IMG/VR virus record: IMGVR_UViG_3300049847_000198
Coordinates: 1-64,000 of that record
DNA length: 64,000 bases
Strand: one strand, 5' to 3'
From: a virus
Numbering within the stretch: position 1 is the first letter of the stretch; each line of letters opens with the position of its first letter. The position numbers were made by a program, and so were the translations under genes. The notes beneath the pieces are model-generated. The model saw only the letters and a program-made list of their open reading frames with translations. It searched no databases and was not told the DNA's origin. Shown piece after piece: positions 29,829 through 43,400 of the stretch.

Positions 29829-30720
29829 GTTTGTGGACCTACCAACGCTTCGCTTGCTTCGCCAAGATTCCGGTTTTCAGCACTAGCACCCGAAAACCAA
29901 TCGACCTCTCGATACAGCAGCAATCACCTAGAAACACAGTGCCACAGGTCTTTCTTTGAGGATGCCGCCGACAGGACAAGAACCCCTAGAAATCCAGACC
30001 GTTTTTCAATGAACCACCCGCAGAACTAGAGAAGACCAGAAGTCCAACAAGCGATCCACAGTGAGCAGCATGGACACGAGACAGCCTGAATACGCCGACG
30101 ATCACATAACCATGCCGCGATCATGCCGAGTTGTAAAAGATTCCAGAAAACGAAACCTGTGACGAAAGCACATAGCGCCGCCTGCCGCCTGGTCTCGATT
30201 CGACCTCCGACCCCTCCCCCTGTCATTCGAGCCAGTCGAGCACGATCGACAGCCAGGTCGAAGACTCCGCGACGTGTGCGCCCCGCCAGTTGGCTCAGAG
30301 GCGCTCGCCTGGATTCCGGCTGTCGTTTCAGCGCTGCCGCCCTATCGCGAAGAACGTGTTGATTTCGAGTGCCACGTGGCACCCGAAAGTCACCGGACAC
30401 TTAGGCGAGATGCCGTATGTGATTTCGCTTATACGTCATTTTGAAATCCCGAAACCGCTACAGGCTAACGTCTTGCGTCGCGATTTTGTGTTGTTTTGAA
30501 AGAATCGCCGAAAGATCGTCAACGCGATTCTCGACTACAGTTGACAATGAGCGTTCATCGCAAGATATTCGCAACCAACGGTTTACGTCAGCGTCAACGC
30601 AGTTTTGAATGCTCGCTCTGTCTATGTTCGTTTTAGTGTATTGTAGAGGGACTTCAGTTTGGTTCGGGTGGGTCGCGGTGGTCGCGAACTGCCAGTCGAG
30701 AGAGTCTGTCTTGTGGGAGA

Positions 30721-30885
30721 ATGATGATGACTTACAAACACGGTGATTTGGTCGTGAAGACGTTTCAATCATCGCGGACTGGCTTGTGGTCGTACATCGT
30801 GTTGCGGCACGATAGAGTCGTTGCCGGTAACATCGGCTATGGATCGGAGTCGTTGGCTCACACTGCTGGCATGTCTGCTGTTTAA
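30721..30885 (+). CDS. 54-aa hypothetical protein, first gene of the early-type cluster
   Basis: GGGAGA RBS; MMMTYKHGDLVVKTF... Confidence 0.5.
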   Translation: MMMTYKHGDLVVKTFQSSRTGLWSYIVLRHDRVVAGNIGYGSESLAHTAGMSAV

Positions 30886-30924
30886 CATTAAGAACAGATT
30901 GTGTCGATTCTTGCCGGGTGATTC

Positions 30925-30974
30925 ACTGTCATTCTCATTATTGGGAATGGTTTCTCAGATTTGAGAATGACAGT
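30925..30974. repeat. 13-bp perfect inverted repeat
   Basis: ACTGTCATTCTCA ... TGAGAATGACAGT. Confidence 0.7.
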
Positions 30975-31865
30975 CCGTCGTGTTGTGTTGTTGTTCTTTA
31001 CTGGGTTTCTCAAGAAAAAGGGGTACTATCGTGCTCAACACGTCTATCCGCTGCGACGTCTACAGGAATCTGAATAAGCCGGGGATCGTCTACAGCGTGC
31101 GCCAGAATGGGATTGTTGTGGAGCGTCTTGGTTCGATCGTCCTGAATAACGTGACGTTCAAACACGCTTCTCTGGCTCAGCAAGAGTCTTGCAAGACACG
31201 TCGGCAAGTTTGCCAATGGGTGAAGGGGTTTGCGACCCAAGAAAGACCTAGCGGCGAATGGGTTCGCTTGTCATGTGATCCAAAGAAAACCGGCGGGTTC
31301 TGTCGCGCCGATACCGGGGAACGTGTCGATTCCGCTAGGTTCGTAAATTTGTGCGACGCCGGATGTTTCGCGGTTCTGTAGTGGTTCGTGTTGTTCTTTC
31401 AAAGGTAACTATTCTCAAAAAGGAAACGTATCATGTTGAAATCTGAAATCGAGTCAGGAATCGAGCGATTGGAACGTGGTTTTATGGTCCCGGAAATCTG
31501 GGAAGATGCCATGCTGCTCGTCGAAACCAATTGCGGGACGGAACACGTTCCGGACGAGTTTGGCGACCCTGCCGATCAATGGAACGATCAAGAGGAACGC
31601 TACACCCGCGAATTCGAGGCGCAGCTAATCGACCGGTGCGAGGGACGGGAAGTCTATTCTGTCGAGCGTGTTTCCGGTTGGTTCTGCCGGTTGTCTGCGC
31701 CGGGATACATGGATTGCACGGACACTAACGGACCCTTCGAGAGTGAAGAACTAGCGGCAGAGTACCTTGTCGAGACCTACGGGGACGATATGCCGGACGA
31801 TGACGACGAATAACGGAATGAATTCGACTGGTCGTGCATTCGGTGCCGTCAACAGTCGAAACGAT

Positions 31866-31925
31866 TAGCCTAGATTCTGGCGAGACTCTCGGAGAGGGTA
31901 TGCAGTTCGATTCTGCACTAGGCTA
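31866..31925 (+). ncRNA. 60-nt mini tRNA-like element (acceptor plus T-arm)
   Basis: TAGCCTAG/CTAGGCTA stem; TGCAG-TTCGATT-CTGCA T-arm; small internal hairpin. Confidence 0.55.
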
Positions 31926-34900
31926 CTGATTTTAAGAAAAACGTACCACTATCGAAAGGTTACGACTATGACGCCCACAACTCGCCCACAACTCCGCGTG
32001 AAGACGACTCACGCACAATTGAAACGCACGATAAAGGCGCTGCGTGATCAGTTTTCCGTTCTTTCGGGGGACGAAATTGGAAATTCCGGCGAAGGATGGC
32101 AACATCTTGCCGCAGCTACTGCCGAAACTGCGGAACATCTCGCCAAGCTTCTCAACAATGCCGCTGCTGGCAATGTCGAGTCGTTCTTTTGTTTTCCTAG
32201 TTTCGATGATCTTGCTGAGTAGTTACCACGATTCACAATCCCACGCTCTTTCAATTGGAGAATCCGTACCATGCCAGCCTATACGATACCGCTGTCACCT
32301 GAATTTGCGTCCGCCATGGAGTGGCATGGAGGACGGTATCTTGTGTCTGAAATCTTGTGTCGGCATATCGTCGCCGATGACGACGACCAGAATCCGCGCA
32401 TCGAATTGGAAGAGCATGAGGCATGGGAGTTGTCGCAGGCGTGGGAAGACGAAGGACCGTTAGCTTGCGGTTCGGATGAACTCAATAGCGTGATTTCAGA
32501 CTTCATTGGCAGGATCGTCTATGGGAAAAACATGACCACGAAAGAAACTTCAATCGGTTCGGCAATCCAAATTGCCATTGATCGGAACATCATTGATCGG
32601 CGCGCCGTTGACGCAAACTTCAAACGTCGCGCGTCGGCGGCATTCAAACGCAACATTGACGAGCCGGGAGACTGTCGCGGCGATGTTCTTTTGCTGCTCG
32701 GCATTTCCGTGGGTGAGGCATACGTTTCACGCGCTCCCGGATGGATTCCCGAAGTTCAACGCATCGGTTGTTTGATTGCCGATGCAATGGCAACAGTGTA
32801 ACGGCAACGTTGCCGAAACACGGAAACTCGCGCCGGTATTGTCGTGGAGATGTGAGAATTCCCGACACTCTGCCGACGATGTTAAGAAAATCGCATCGGC
32901 GGAGACTCGGCAGTTTTCAGCGTACCTCAAAAGGAAAAGGGAAAAGAACATGGCAAGCGAAACCAAACAACCGAAACAATTCACAGCGGCCGACGCGCTA
33001 CCGTCAACGGTATACGCCGGCTGGATTCAAGCGATGCGTGACGAGTTAGTTTACGATCCGCCGGAGTGGATGCGTCGTGGACTACAAGAAACCGCAAGCG
33101 GATATGGTAGGCGGCTGAATAGCGGTCTCAAGATTCACTTTGAAGGACGCTTGCGGCGAATCTACGTCACCATTTTCAGCAACAGCGGGACGGCGTGGTT
33201 TAACTGTCGCGGCAAGCGATATTCGGTTGATACCTACTAGCGTAGGTCGGTCGGTTTTCAATCTGGCAACGTAACTTGAAAGGAAAAGCATCATGGCATC
33301 AATATCCTACGATCAAGCGCGTGAGGCGATATTCGCTCGCGGGACGGTGGCGGACGGTTACAACGGGAATCGGACGGAATGCGGTTTCGCGTTCGTTCAT
33401 GGCGTCACTTTGATCGTCTGCTCTTTCGGTTACTTCCGGTCAGGCATCCCGATTTGTGCGGACGCAACGCAAGCGCGTTGGCATATCGAAAACGGCGAAA
33501 CGGCCAAGAGGCTGTATCAATTGGAAGGGGCGACAGCATGACAACACGAACCGAAGCGGTTCTCCGATATGCCGACAAGATCATTGAAAACGAACTCGCA
33601 TTTCACCGGGAGTATCGTCCCGAATTGCTGGCGGCATTACCGGTGGCTGAACTTGAAGCGTACAAGAAAGGCGAGCGCATCAAAGCGTATTCGCTCGCGG
33701 ATGAAATTGACGATCGGCAATTGTGCTTTCTCCGGCATCAGCGTTGCGGTTTCGACACGTCAAACAATTGGACGCGGCGGTTATTTGTGGACCTGACCGG
33801 CATACCGTTGCCGAGCACGAACCGCGAGACGGATATCGTTCTCCGCCAGTATTGCGGCGAAGTGTGCGTTGGCATTGAAGCCGAACAACAGCGGGAACGT
33901 GAAGCGAAAGAGCAAGCAAAGCAAGCGGCGGAGCAAGTCAAACGCGACACAATCAAGGCTAAGTTGTCCGCTCGCGTGGCCGTCAACGAGTCAATCAGCG
34001 GCGAAGAACTGGCGGAGTTGTGTTCTATGCTCGGCATCGAACTTCATCCCCGCACGATTGGACTGCTTAGAAAGCGTGTTCGGGCTATCAATTCCGGTTC
34101 GGCCAGCATTGTCGGCAAGGGATTGTCGGACGCGGCATACGGCGCATATCTAAGTTGTGCCGCCCGCGTGTCGGCATAGTTTTTTCTTCACATCTCACAA
34201 CGTAGGGCGGGACGTTCCCCGCTCACTAAAGAAAGAGGCAAGGCAATGAAAACTAATCCAGCAAAGTATCAGCGACTCCGTAACGCGGGGACATTTAGCG
34301 GCACGATCAAGCGCGCCGTTACGTTGCGGGATGCCCGCGACAAACTCGCGGCGAAAACTGACCCGCTCACGATCCCGCTGGCGAAACGATACGACCGGCA
34401 AAAAGCCGTAGTCCCGTTCGGCGCTACCGCGCCAGTTGCTGCGCGAAACGTCCTGGCGGGATATCAGCGGCGTAATCCGAGACTCCGTGAATGGTCGCTA
34501 GGTTGCGTTGCGGGGACGGATACGCGACTCCGTGAGATAGGATCAAATTCGGATTGGAGAAAACGCAGCACATTCCAGCGGGGCGTCGTGGTCCAATCTG
34601 TCGCGGTCGCTTGTGGTCGCTGTCTGTTTTTTACGCTGTCCGGCGAGAAAAAACGCATTGCCGCGCCTTTCGGTTATCGGTGGGAGCGTGACAAAAACGG
34701 AGTCAAGCTAGTTTCGCGGTCGCACCCCGACCGCGACTATCACCCAACGGCAGGCGACCTACTCGGCAACGTGCGCGACATCGTCGCGAAATTGAAAGCC
34801 AACTACGAAACGCGGCGGCTCGCGAACGCGAACAAAAAACAACAACTCGCGGCGGTGAGGCGAGCGGAACGCGAAGGGGCGACCGTCTGTCTTCGCGACA

Positions 34901-35117
34901 GTATCCGTGCGGGAAATTGCATCGCCGGAACGTCGAACTTTTGTCAGCGGCACGGACTCGATTCACGGCGACATTACAAGCCCTCCGAAGTTCTCGCGGT
35001 CGCAAACGGCGACGCAAGCCGCGTTGCGTTGGTCGTCACCGTCGCACTGAAACGTCACCGCGAGGAAATGCGGAGGGGCTACGCGATTCTCGCGGAGCAT
35101 CAAGCCTAGGCCGTCTG

Positions 35118-35146
35118 TTGACGGTTTCGTCTGTTCGTTTTAACGT
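35118..35146 (+). promoter_or_regulatory. promoter overlapping a TGTTCGTTTT box
   Basis: TTGACG-17-TAACGT. Confidence 0.5.
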
Positions 35147-37638
35147 ACAGCCAACGGCGTAGCCGCGTCGCCTTTAATCTCGCGGCATGACCCTAAAGAA
35201 AGACAAGAGGCAAGAATCATGGCAACAGTCACGCGGATACCGACCGAAGCGGAATACCTTGAACGCGAGCGGCGAATGCTCGATAAGCAACTCGCGGCGG
35301 TTGAATCGGCACCGCTCGCGGAGCGGCGCGAAGGGGCGGCGGATTATGGCCGTGGATTGCGGGATAATCCCGAAATCATCGCGGAGCGTATCGGATGGAT
35401 TTTCAACGGTTCTTATGGTCGCGGAGCGTATGACCGCGCTCACGAATGGCTCGCGGCGTATCGCGAATCGCCGAAGCGTCGCGAGACGATGATTAAGTTC
35501 AATTTGTGCTGCTTGCTGGCGGCACTTGACGACGCTTGCCCGTCGCGGATGGCGGTGAATCAATGGAAAAAACTGACGACCGAACAACAACAACGGCTTG
35601 ACGTTCTTTTGACCGCCGAAATTGCCGACGCAATGAAGGGAGATGATTCCGAATGACTCCCGAAGAAATCGGCGAACTTGACGACAGCGAATTCGACGTT
35701 GACGCAATCAGAATCGACGTGAGGCACAACAACTTCTCCGCCGATCGGCTGGCAGAGTACCGGCACGAAAACATCGTTCAAGCGTCGCTCATCAACGGCC
35801 AGTTTACGCAAGCCCGTGAGCAGTGCCGATCTTATGGCTTGGACTATCAAAGCGAACTGAGTCGATTCAACAACCACTAACCCGAAAGGCAAACGCTATG
35901 TTGATTTTGAACAAGCTGAGTTCCCGCCGCGACAAGTTCGGGAATTGCTATCACGCAATCAGTGTTGAGAACGTCGAAACCGGATTGACCGCGTCCGCGA
36001 CAATCAGCGGCGACAACGCATCAACCGGACTGCTTGAATTGTTCGGAGATTGGGAAGCGGTGCGGCAACACTCACGAACACACGAACGCGAATTGCCTAT
36101 TCGCGAGTTTGACCGCTTCAAGAAAGACCTACCCTATGCCGGCTGTCGCGGTGAAGACATCGCCGCCTGGATTGTGTCGGCAGTTGGTGAACCGTCTGGA
36201 ATGAAAGAAAGGGCGACGGTGTAGCCATGTTTCCCGTTCCATTCTCTCGCGTTGTCGTCGCCGTCAACGGCGAACAACCGCAACGCTACGACCACAAGAC
36301 AGAGACCGCGCACGAGTTCGCGGCGATGCTCTACGGATGCGTTTTTCGCGAGTCACTCGGCAAGTATGCCGGGACGGAGTCGCTCGCCAACGGATGCCGC
36401 GACCGATTCACGGGCGGCACTATCACGAATTGAAAGGCAAAGAATCATGACCATCACAAAAAACGACACGCTAGACGTTCTCCCGCCATACAGCGACCGA
36501 TTCGTTTACCCAATCGGGAGACGCATCAGAACGGGCGAGGCTTGCGTTGTGTCTCACAATGTCGTCGCGGAAGTCCAGCCGGTTAGCGGCTGTCGTGGCG
36601 GCGACGGTATCGACGAATGCGCCGCAATGGCTCGCCAGTTCGCGGCACTGCCGAAGTTGCTTGAAGCGTTGGAAGATTGCATCACCAGCGACAAAGCCAA
36701 TTGCATCGTCACGAATGACGTGGCTTACATGCTTCGCCGATTCAAGTCTATCAACAAAATCGTCAGCGATGCGTTGTCGCTCGCGAACGGATCGGCCGTG
36801 CGATCGTGACCACGCTACCGAAAGGCTTCAAGAAACTGGCTTCAAGCCCGACGCTTGAGGGGCTCAAGAAACATATCTCCGCCTACTACGGCGGCGAGTC
36901 TAAAACGCTCGTTACGCGGGACGGCACTGCCAATCAATGGGACGTTTTTTCGAGCACTGTCGCGGGCAAGGCTTGCGGCACGATGGCCGTGGAAACATCA
37001 CGCGGTTTTTTCTTTGGGAGGATGGAAGCATGACATTCACGCAAAAACGATATGACGACGAAACGCAAACCGTGGCAAGGCTGGCGAAACAGTATCAAAA
37101 GCAAGTCAAAGGCATAACGTGGGGCGAGGCTATTCGATTGGCCGAAAAACACGTCTCAGAGCGAAAGGCGAATCCATGAACATCAAGGAGGCGGCATCAC
37201 GTTCTGTGCGCGAGAAGATGGCAAGGGAGATCATCTTTCAGGGCATGAGGGCGGTCGGCTATTCGGCATCCGAATCGTTCTGTCAGGCGAAGCGCATGGT
37301 GTCTCGGAACTTCGGCTTCTCGGCACAGATCGACCCTGCGAACTTTGCGGCGGGCATCATTTTTGAAAGGCCGAAACAATGACCACAAACAAAACCTGGG
37401 CCAGCCTCACGCTACTGCGTACCGAGGTCCGTTCGCTGTGCCGGCGGTACGCGGACGGGCAAGCCATCGACATCGCCGACGAACTCGGCCGGCTTGATCG
37501 GCTATCGCGGCCGGTCGGCAAGCGTGCCGAGATCGAAAAACTGATACGCGACGGACTATCCGATGCCGAGATCGTCAAAGCGTTGGGCGTCAAGAAACAA
37601 CAGGTCAATCTCATACGTCATTCAATGAAAGGGAACGC

Positions 37639-37863
37639 ATGACCGACATCATCAATCTATCTGACGCGGAACTACAGCGACGCTATCGCGACGCGGTAGA
37701 CGAACTGGCGAGCCGCTGTCCGCTCACGGACATAGACGCGGCGGACATCAAAGGGCAAGAGTCGCCAAAGCGAGCGTTGGCGGTCGCGGCGATGGAACAA
37801 TCGCCAATCATTCGCGCTATTCACATTATGGAAGCGGTCAATTATCGGTTCCCGTTTTTCTAG
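37639..37863 (+). CDS. mini-protein made of the two ends of a ComM/YifB (Mg-chelatase-related) AAA+ region
   Basis: DAADIKGQESPKRALAVAA joined directly to IRAIHIMEAVNYR. Confidence 0.6.
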   Translation: MTDIINLSDAELQRRYRDAVDELASRCPLTDIDAADIKGQESPKRALAVAAMEQSPIIRAIHIMEAVNYRFPFF

Positions 37864-38979
37864 TAGCCTAGGCAGAATCCCGTCGGCCTGTTAGTGTTCG
37901 TTTTAGTAAACTCAAACCCGAAAGACAAAGACCATGACGAATCTATTCGCGGAGATATCCGCATCCGCTGAGCGGCTGAATGAACGCGGCCAGGCGTACC
38001 TTGATCGGTTGCCGTTTCTTGACAACGACACGGTGATTGACCGGATTTTGGCGGCGATGCCGACGCCCCTGGAATGGGTCAACGAACAAATCGAAGACGG
38101 AGGAATGCCATACGCCGTGATGCCGCGCAACGGTTCTCTTCACTTCGTTATCGGATTCTCTGTCGTCAGTCGTGACGCTCATTTGCGGAACGTCATGGAA
38201 ATCGCGGAGGGACGGGAAACCGACGAACTCGACTTCCCGACAATCGAACCACTGGACGAAATTGTGGCAAGATGCGAGGCGTAGCCAGTCAGTCAGTTTT
38301 TCTTATCACATCGAAAGGCAAAGCAATGACGATCATCCTTAACCACGATTGCGATTGTGCAACGTGCCGCTGTCCGCTTATGGCGGGCGAGCGTGTCCAC
38401 ACGAACCAACACGAGACGCTCGTTGCGTGCTCGGAAGACTGTCTCTTGGACGCGATTAAAAAATCTTCGGTTGTTGATGAGGACGACTTTGGTTCAGACA
38501 TTCAGTCAATTGATTTCGTGTTCTTTGAGGACAACTGCTTCAGTGACACGGACGGCATCAATGTGGACGCCAGCATGGAGAAATTGATTGAGTTGACCGA
38601 GTCCGCATTGCGAGAGGCGTTTCCAGGCTGTGGGGAAATTGAGGTCAGTAGCGGGCAGTCTGGGATGCGATGCCAGGCGAATGTGTATATGCACGGTGAT
38701 TATTGTCCTGACTCCGTCGTTGTGGCGGTCGAGGAAATTGCGGCCAGCGTCTGGGAGAAACGCGGCAACGACTGGATTGTGTATTCTGACGAGGACGAGG
38801 ACGAGGACGAGGAGGTGTAGCGATTGACGCGGACGGACTTCGCCAAGCCAAGTTGTTTCGTAAAAACGCTCCGGGATTCCACCGAATAAAGATTCTGGAA
38901 GCCCTTCAACTGATGCCGTCTCTCGTGCAGACGGCGACTATCCAGTTTAGTTTTTATTCTCACTCGAAAGGCAAATGAA

Positions 38980-40476
38980 ATGGCTAAGACAACAAAACAT
39001 GACGTGATGATTTTTGACGGCGTCGCGCCCGTGACTCATAGCGAGTTCAATCTGCCGCCTGACGGCGTTGGCGTGATGATCTTGCAGGGGACTCACGGAC
39101 TTGGAAAAGATCGTTGCATTGCCGCCATCACGCGACTGGTGACGGGAGACAAGTCATACACCGCCGACGTTGACGATCACGCCGAGAAGGGCAAAGTGTC
39201 ATTCGCTGGCGGCGGGCTGTCGGTCGGTCAAAAGATTGTCAGCACGGGAGAGTGCGAATATGCTGGAATCAATCCGTCACTCATCGAAGGACTCATAAAT
39301 CCGCCCTACAAATCGGAAGACGCGGCGGAGCAGTACCGCATTGAGTCGCTGATCGACCTCGCGAAAGTGAAAGCCGACTGCACGCTTTTTGAGTCGCTTT
39401 GCCAAGATCGCGAAGAGTTCGACCGCATCATGCCGCCGGATTTGTGCGAAGAAACAAGTCTCGTGAAGATGGCGAGTCTGGTAGAAGCGGCGTTTCAGAA
39501 AGAGGCACGTTCGGCGGAGTCTGATGCGGCGCAAGAGAACGCGAACGCCACGGCGAAACGCGGGGCGACATCCGACCTTGACCTGACCGCCGAGAGCGAT
39601 GGCAAAATCTTGGAAATGCGACTCGCGGCGGCGATGCAAGCGGAAGCCGACATCAAGGCGGCGGACAACGAAGCGGTGCGTGCTGCTGGCTTGGCCGAGA
39701 ACGCACGGAAACAACTCGCCACGTCGGAGTCGGGCTACACCGGAAAAACAGTCGAGCAAGCCACGAACGCCTACCAAACCGCTGTTGGACTCAAAGAGCA
39801 AGCGGATGCCGTTGTCGCTGACCTGAAACTTCGGCTGTCTGCCGCTGAGAAAGCCGCGTCAATCTGTGCTAATGACGTGGAGCAAGCGATTACCGCTGGC
39901 CGTGCCGCTCGCCAGCACGAAGAGACGGTCAAGGCATGGCGCGAATCACTTGCCGCGTCCGTTCCGCCGCGTCCAAGTGCCGACGAACTCGCAAAAGCGT
40001 CCCAAAGCGTCCATGATGCCCGTAAAGCAGTCGAAACCGGGGCGTTGGTCCGAAGGGCCAAAGAACAGAGTTCCGAGGTTCTAGGGCACGCTGAGAGGGC
40101 CGAGAGCCTCAAGAAGAAAGCCGAGAGACTCAGAGAGGCGGCGAAAGGGACTGACGACATACTTTCGCAGGCGGTTGCTAAGGCGAATTGCCCACTCAAG
40201 GTTTACCGTGGGCGGCTCGTGATGAAGACGGATCGCAGCGACCGCGAACGCTTCACAGACCTGTCGGGCGGCGAGAAGCTGTTGGTCGCTCTTGAGATCG
40301 CTCTCCGTACCGTTCCGAATGGCAAGAAAGCATTGCTGCCGATCACCCCGCGAACGTGGTCCGAACTTGAACCTCGCAGCGAGCACAAGATCGCCGAGAT
40401 GGCGAGAGAGAACGGCGTGCTGATCGTCACGGGTCGCTGCACTTCTGACGAAACGCTTTCTTCCGTGTCGCTGTAG
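38980..40476 (+). CDS. SbcC/Rad50-like coiled-coil ABC ATPase (degenerate motifs)
   Basis: GTHGLGKD Walker A, long coiled coil, LSGGEK signature. Confidence 0.65.
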   Translation: MAKTTKHDVMIFDGVAPVTHSEFNLPPDGVGVMILQGTHGLGKDRCIAAITRLVTGDKSYTADVDDHAEKGKVSFAGGGLSVGQKIVSTGECEYAGINPSLIEGLINPPYKSEDAAEQYRIESLIDLAKVKADCTLFESLCQDREEFDRIMPPDLCEETSLVKMASLVEAAFQKEARSAESDAAQENANATAKRGATSDLDLTAESDGKILEMRLAAAMQAEADIKAADNEAVRAAGLAENARKQLATSESGYTGKTVEQATNAYQTAVGLKEQADAVVADLKLRLSAAEKAASICANDVEQAITAGRAARQHEETVKAWRESLAASVPPRPSADELAKASQSVHDARKAVETGALVRRAKEQSSEVLGHAERAESLKKKAERLREAAKGTDDILSQAVAKANCPLKVYRGRLVMKTDRSDRERFTDLSGGEKLLVALEIALRTVPNGKKALLPITPRTWSELEPRSEHKIAEMARENGVLIVTGRCTSDETLSSVSL

Positions 40477-43400
40477 TCTCTTCACTCAAGAAAACGAAAG
40501 GCGATGATCGTGACGATCGACGACGTAATCGAAGAACTCAGCAACAGAATCGAGAGACACCATAAGTCGGCACTGGATACGCAGACGAACGGTGATAAAA
40601 ACTCGTGTTGGCGTGAAGTCGATAAGGCTTCGGCTTTGATGGACTTGAAAGACTGGATTCGCAATCTTCAAAAGAAAGGCACAGAGAATGGCTAAGTATG
40701 TGAACTCAAAGGGCGAAGAAGTCGATGTCCGCACGATGGCGACGCCGCACGTTCTGGCGGCGATGGCCAAGGCGGAGCGTGAAGGAAAAACCGATGTCCG
40801 CGACATGCTGTTCGCGGAAGCCGGCGAGCGAGAGAAACCCGTATGGGAAGTGCGGCAAAAAAAGCGAGACCAAGTGATTCGATACGCAATGCAACAGACG
40901 AACGCCGAAGCGTGGAAGTTCGTTAAGCAATACGGGCCACTTGAGGACGCCGAAGGATACACCAACAGTTTCTTTGTGGCACACGAGAGCGACCCTCTGT
41001 AAAGAAAGGAAAGCAGCATGTTTGTAATCAAGATCACAAACGACGAACCGGATGACTGCGAACTCTGGGGTCCGTATGAAACTCGCGACATGACGAGAGA
41101 CGTTATTGCCGCTTATGTCGAACAGCCAGAATCTTGCGAGATCATCGAGGCAACCGAAGAAATGGAATATGCAATCACTGGAAAACCTCTGTAAAGACTT
41201 CTCTCTTTTTGAAAGGCAACGAACCATGACAGTCTCAACAATCGACCTTCCCCGTGAAATGATTCAACGCGAGCAGTACCAGACGGACGTTTGGTACGAA
41301 GACCTCGACGAAGAAACGGAACGCATCATCGGCAAGCGTTCCAAGAAAACGATCCGAGACGAAAGCGAGGCTGATTGTGACGAGTAAATTTCCTCAACTC
41401 GCGGTCACTCGCGGAGCGCAATCAGATGCGTTCTCGATTGAATCCCCAAGCAAGACTGTCGCGAACGTCAAGCACGGTCCACAAGCGGAGCAGATAGCGA
41501 ATCTTTTTGCAGCATCGCCTGACATGCTCGACGCATTAAAAGCGTTGGTCGCTTCGATTCTCTCATGGGAAGCGTCGGTTCGCGAAGTGATTCACATTGA
41601 ACCGAAACACGGAATGGACCTAACGGCGGCGGAAGCTGCAATCAAGAAAGCGGAGGGGCAATGACAGTTCCTCAAATACTGTCGCTGTTGGTCGTGGCGA
41701 TTTACTTCGCTCTGATGCTTCCCGGCATCCTCGAAAAACGGAGTATCCGAAATGAACCTGAACCCGATCATCCGCCGAGCGACTTTGGCGATACGGAGAC
41801 GCGAAGCGATATGTTTCGATGCTGCGAAAAAGATTCGTGGCGCAAACTACCGAGATAACCATGCTGCACGCTGGTTCGTGCTGGCGGTCGCAGATGAATT
41901 CGCCCGACGTCACGCGAAGTGGCGTCGGTTTTCTGAAGCACTCAACGACGCTTTTTGAAGGAATGCAATGGCAGAACGAAAAACGAAGAAATGGGTGAGC
42001 ACGATCAAACGACGTCTGGCGATTTTGCAGATGTTCCCTGATGTGAACGACGAACCGAACCAGATGGTTCTTTCCGAGATTTTCGACATCGACAGGTCAA
42101 GCATCAACCTGGACCTGAAGTGCATCAGAGAGATTCGCGGAGAGATCGCAGGACTGACCAAGCAGTACGAAGAGAAGTTGAACGGGCCGACGACAGTGAG
42201 ACCAATGAGACGCAAGAAGTGGGGACGCAGAGTGGCCACCGTGTTCGGCGGCACGAAAGAAACATTCCAAAACGAAAAGGCACCAGAAAGGCAAGATGAT
42301 GAGCGACCAACTCACGAAGACGGAACGAATCCAGGCGGCAGTGATTGATGCGATGATTTCGGTTCGCGAGTCCATCAAAAGTCAAGGACTTGAATGCCCG
42401 AATGGCTTAGACGCGAACGAAGACCTGAAGGCGGCGATTACACAATATGTGTTTGACGGCGTTTCTGACGACGAGTGACCGAGAACCGGGAACCATCTTC
42501 CTGTGCGTTACCGAGTCGTTCGAGAAGCCAATCATCGTCCGTCGCTGGTATCGAACGGACGAAAAAGAAGCCGGCATTGAAGCGACGCCAAACTCGGACG
42601 GATCGTGGATGCTCGCGAGCGGAAAGACGATCTATCCATCGACGATTTGTTTCGTCGAGCATCAGAGGATTCGGAAACCCAAAACACTGCGCCCGTGCCG
42701 CTGGCGTGACGGCGGTTGGCAGTTGTTGTGCAAGAAAGGATGGGTGACGCGATGAGAAGTTCGCTCAGGAGTAGAACCAAAACGTGGCATGGCGTGCGTG
42801 GGCAGTATTTCATCGAAGTCACCGAAGACTACGATGGGCCTCGTGACGCACACACAAACAAGCCACTACCGATTCCGAGATTCCACGACGAATCCGAGAT
42901 CACGATTCATTTCGAGTCTAGCGGTTCATTCGATCCGGGCTGTATTTGGATGGCGAACGGCGATCCGGGATATCCACCAGAGGGCAGCGAAGACCGAGAG
43001 TTCGTGGCCGCTACGATTCGCGAGCACGGATCGAAAGAAGAAGTCCGATTGCCGGACGATGTTGGACGCAAGCTGTTCGCGATGTATGAGCAGCAGATTG
43101 ATGATGTCGGTCTCGATTACGAAACGGAGGATGATCGTGAGTAAGCCAACTGCCGCAGCGAAGCGTGCCGCCAAGTCTTTGGGGTGCTACGGGATCGCTG
43201 GAACGAAAGCTGTGAACTACGCCGCAAAAATCATCGACGCAGAGTTTGCGGAATTACTGTCGGCAACGAGGTCGTTCGCAAACCGAATAGCCAACTCGGC
43301 AGACGCGAAGTTTGACGCCAAAGCTCGATCGCTGCTGATGGACTCAGTGGATGAGTTCCAAGACGCCGTGTCAAAAATCGAAAACTAAACACGAAAGGCA

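Noticed and set aside
29481-30772. ORFs in the post-ParB gap
   Set aside because: No RBS, S/R/P-rich composition, mutually overlapping; probably non-coding.
38788-38817. GACGAG tandem repeat
   Set aside because: It only encodes an acidic DEDEDE tail.
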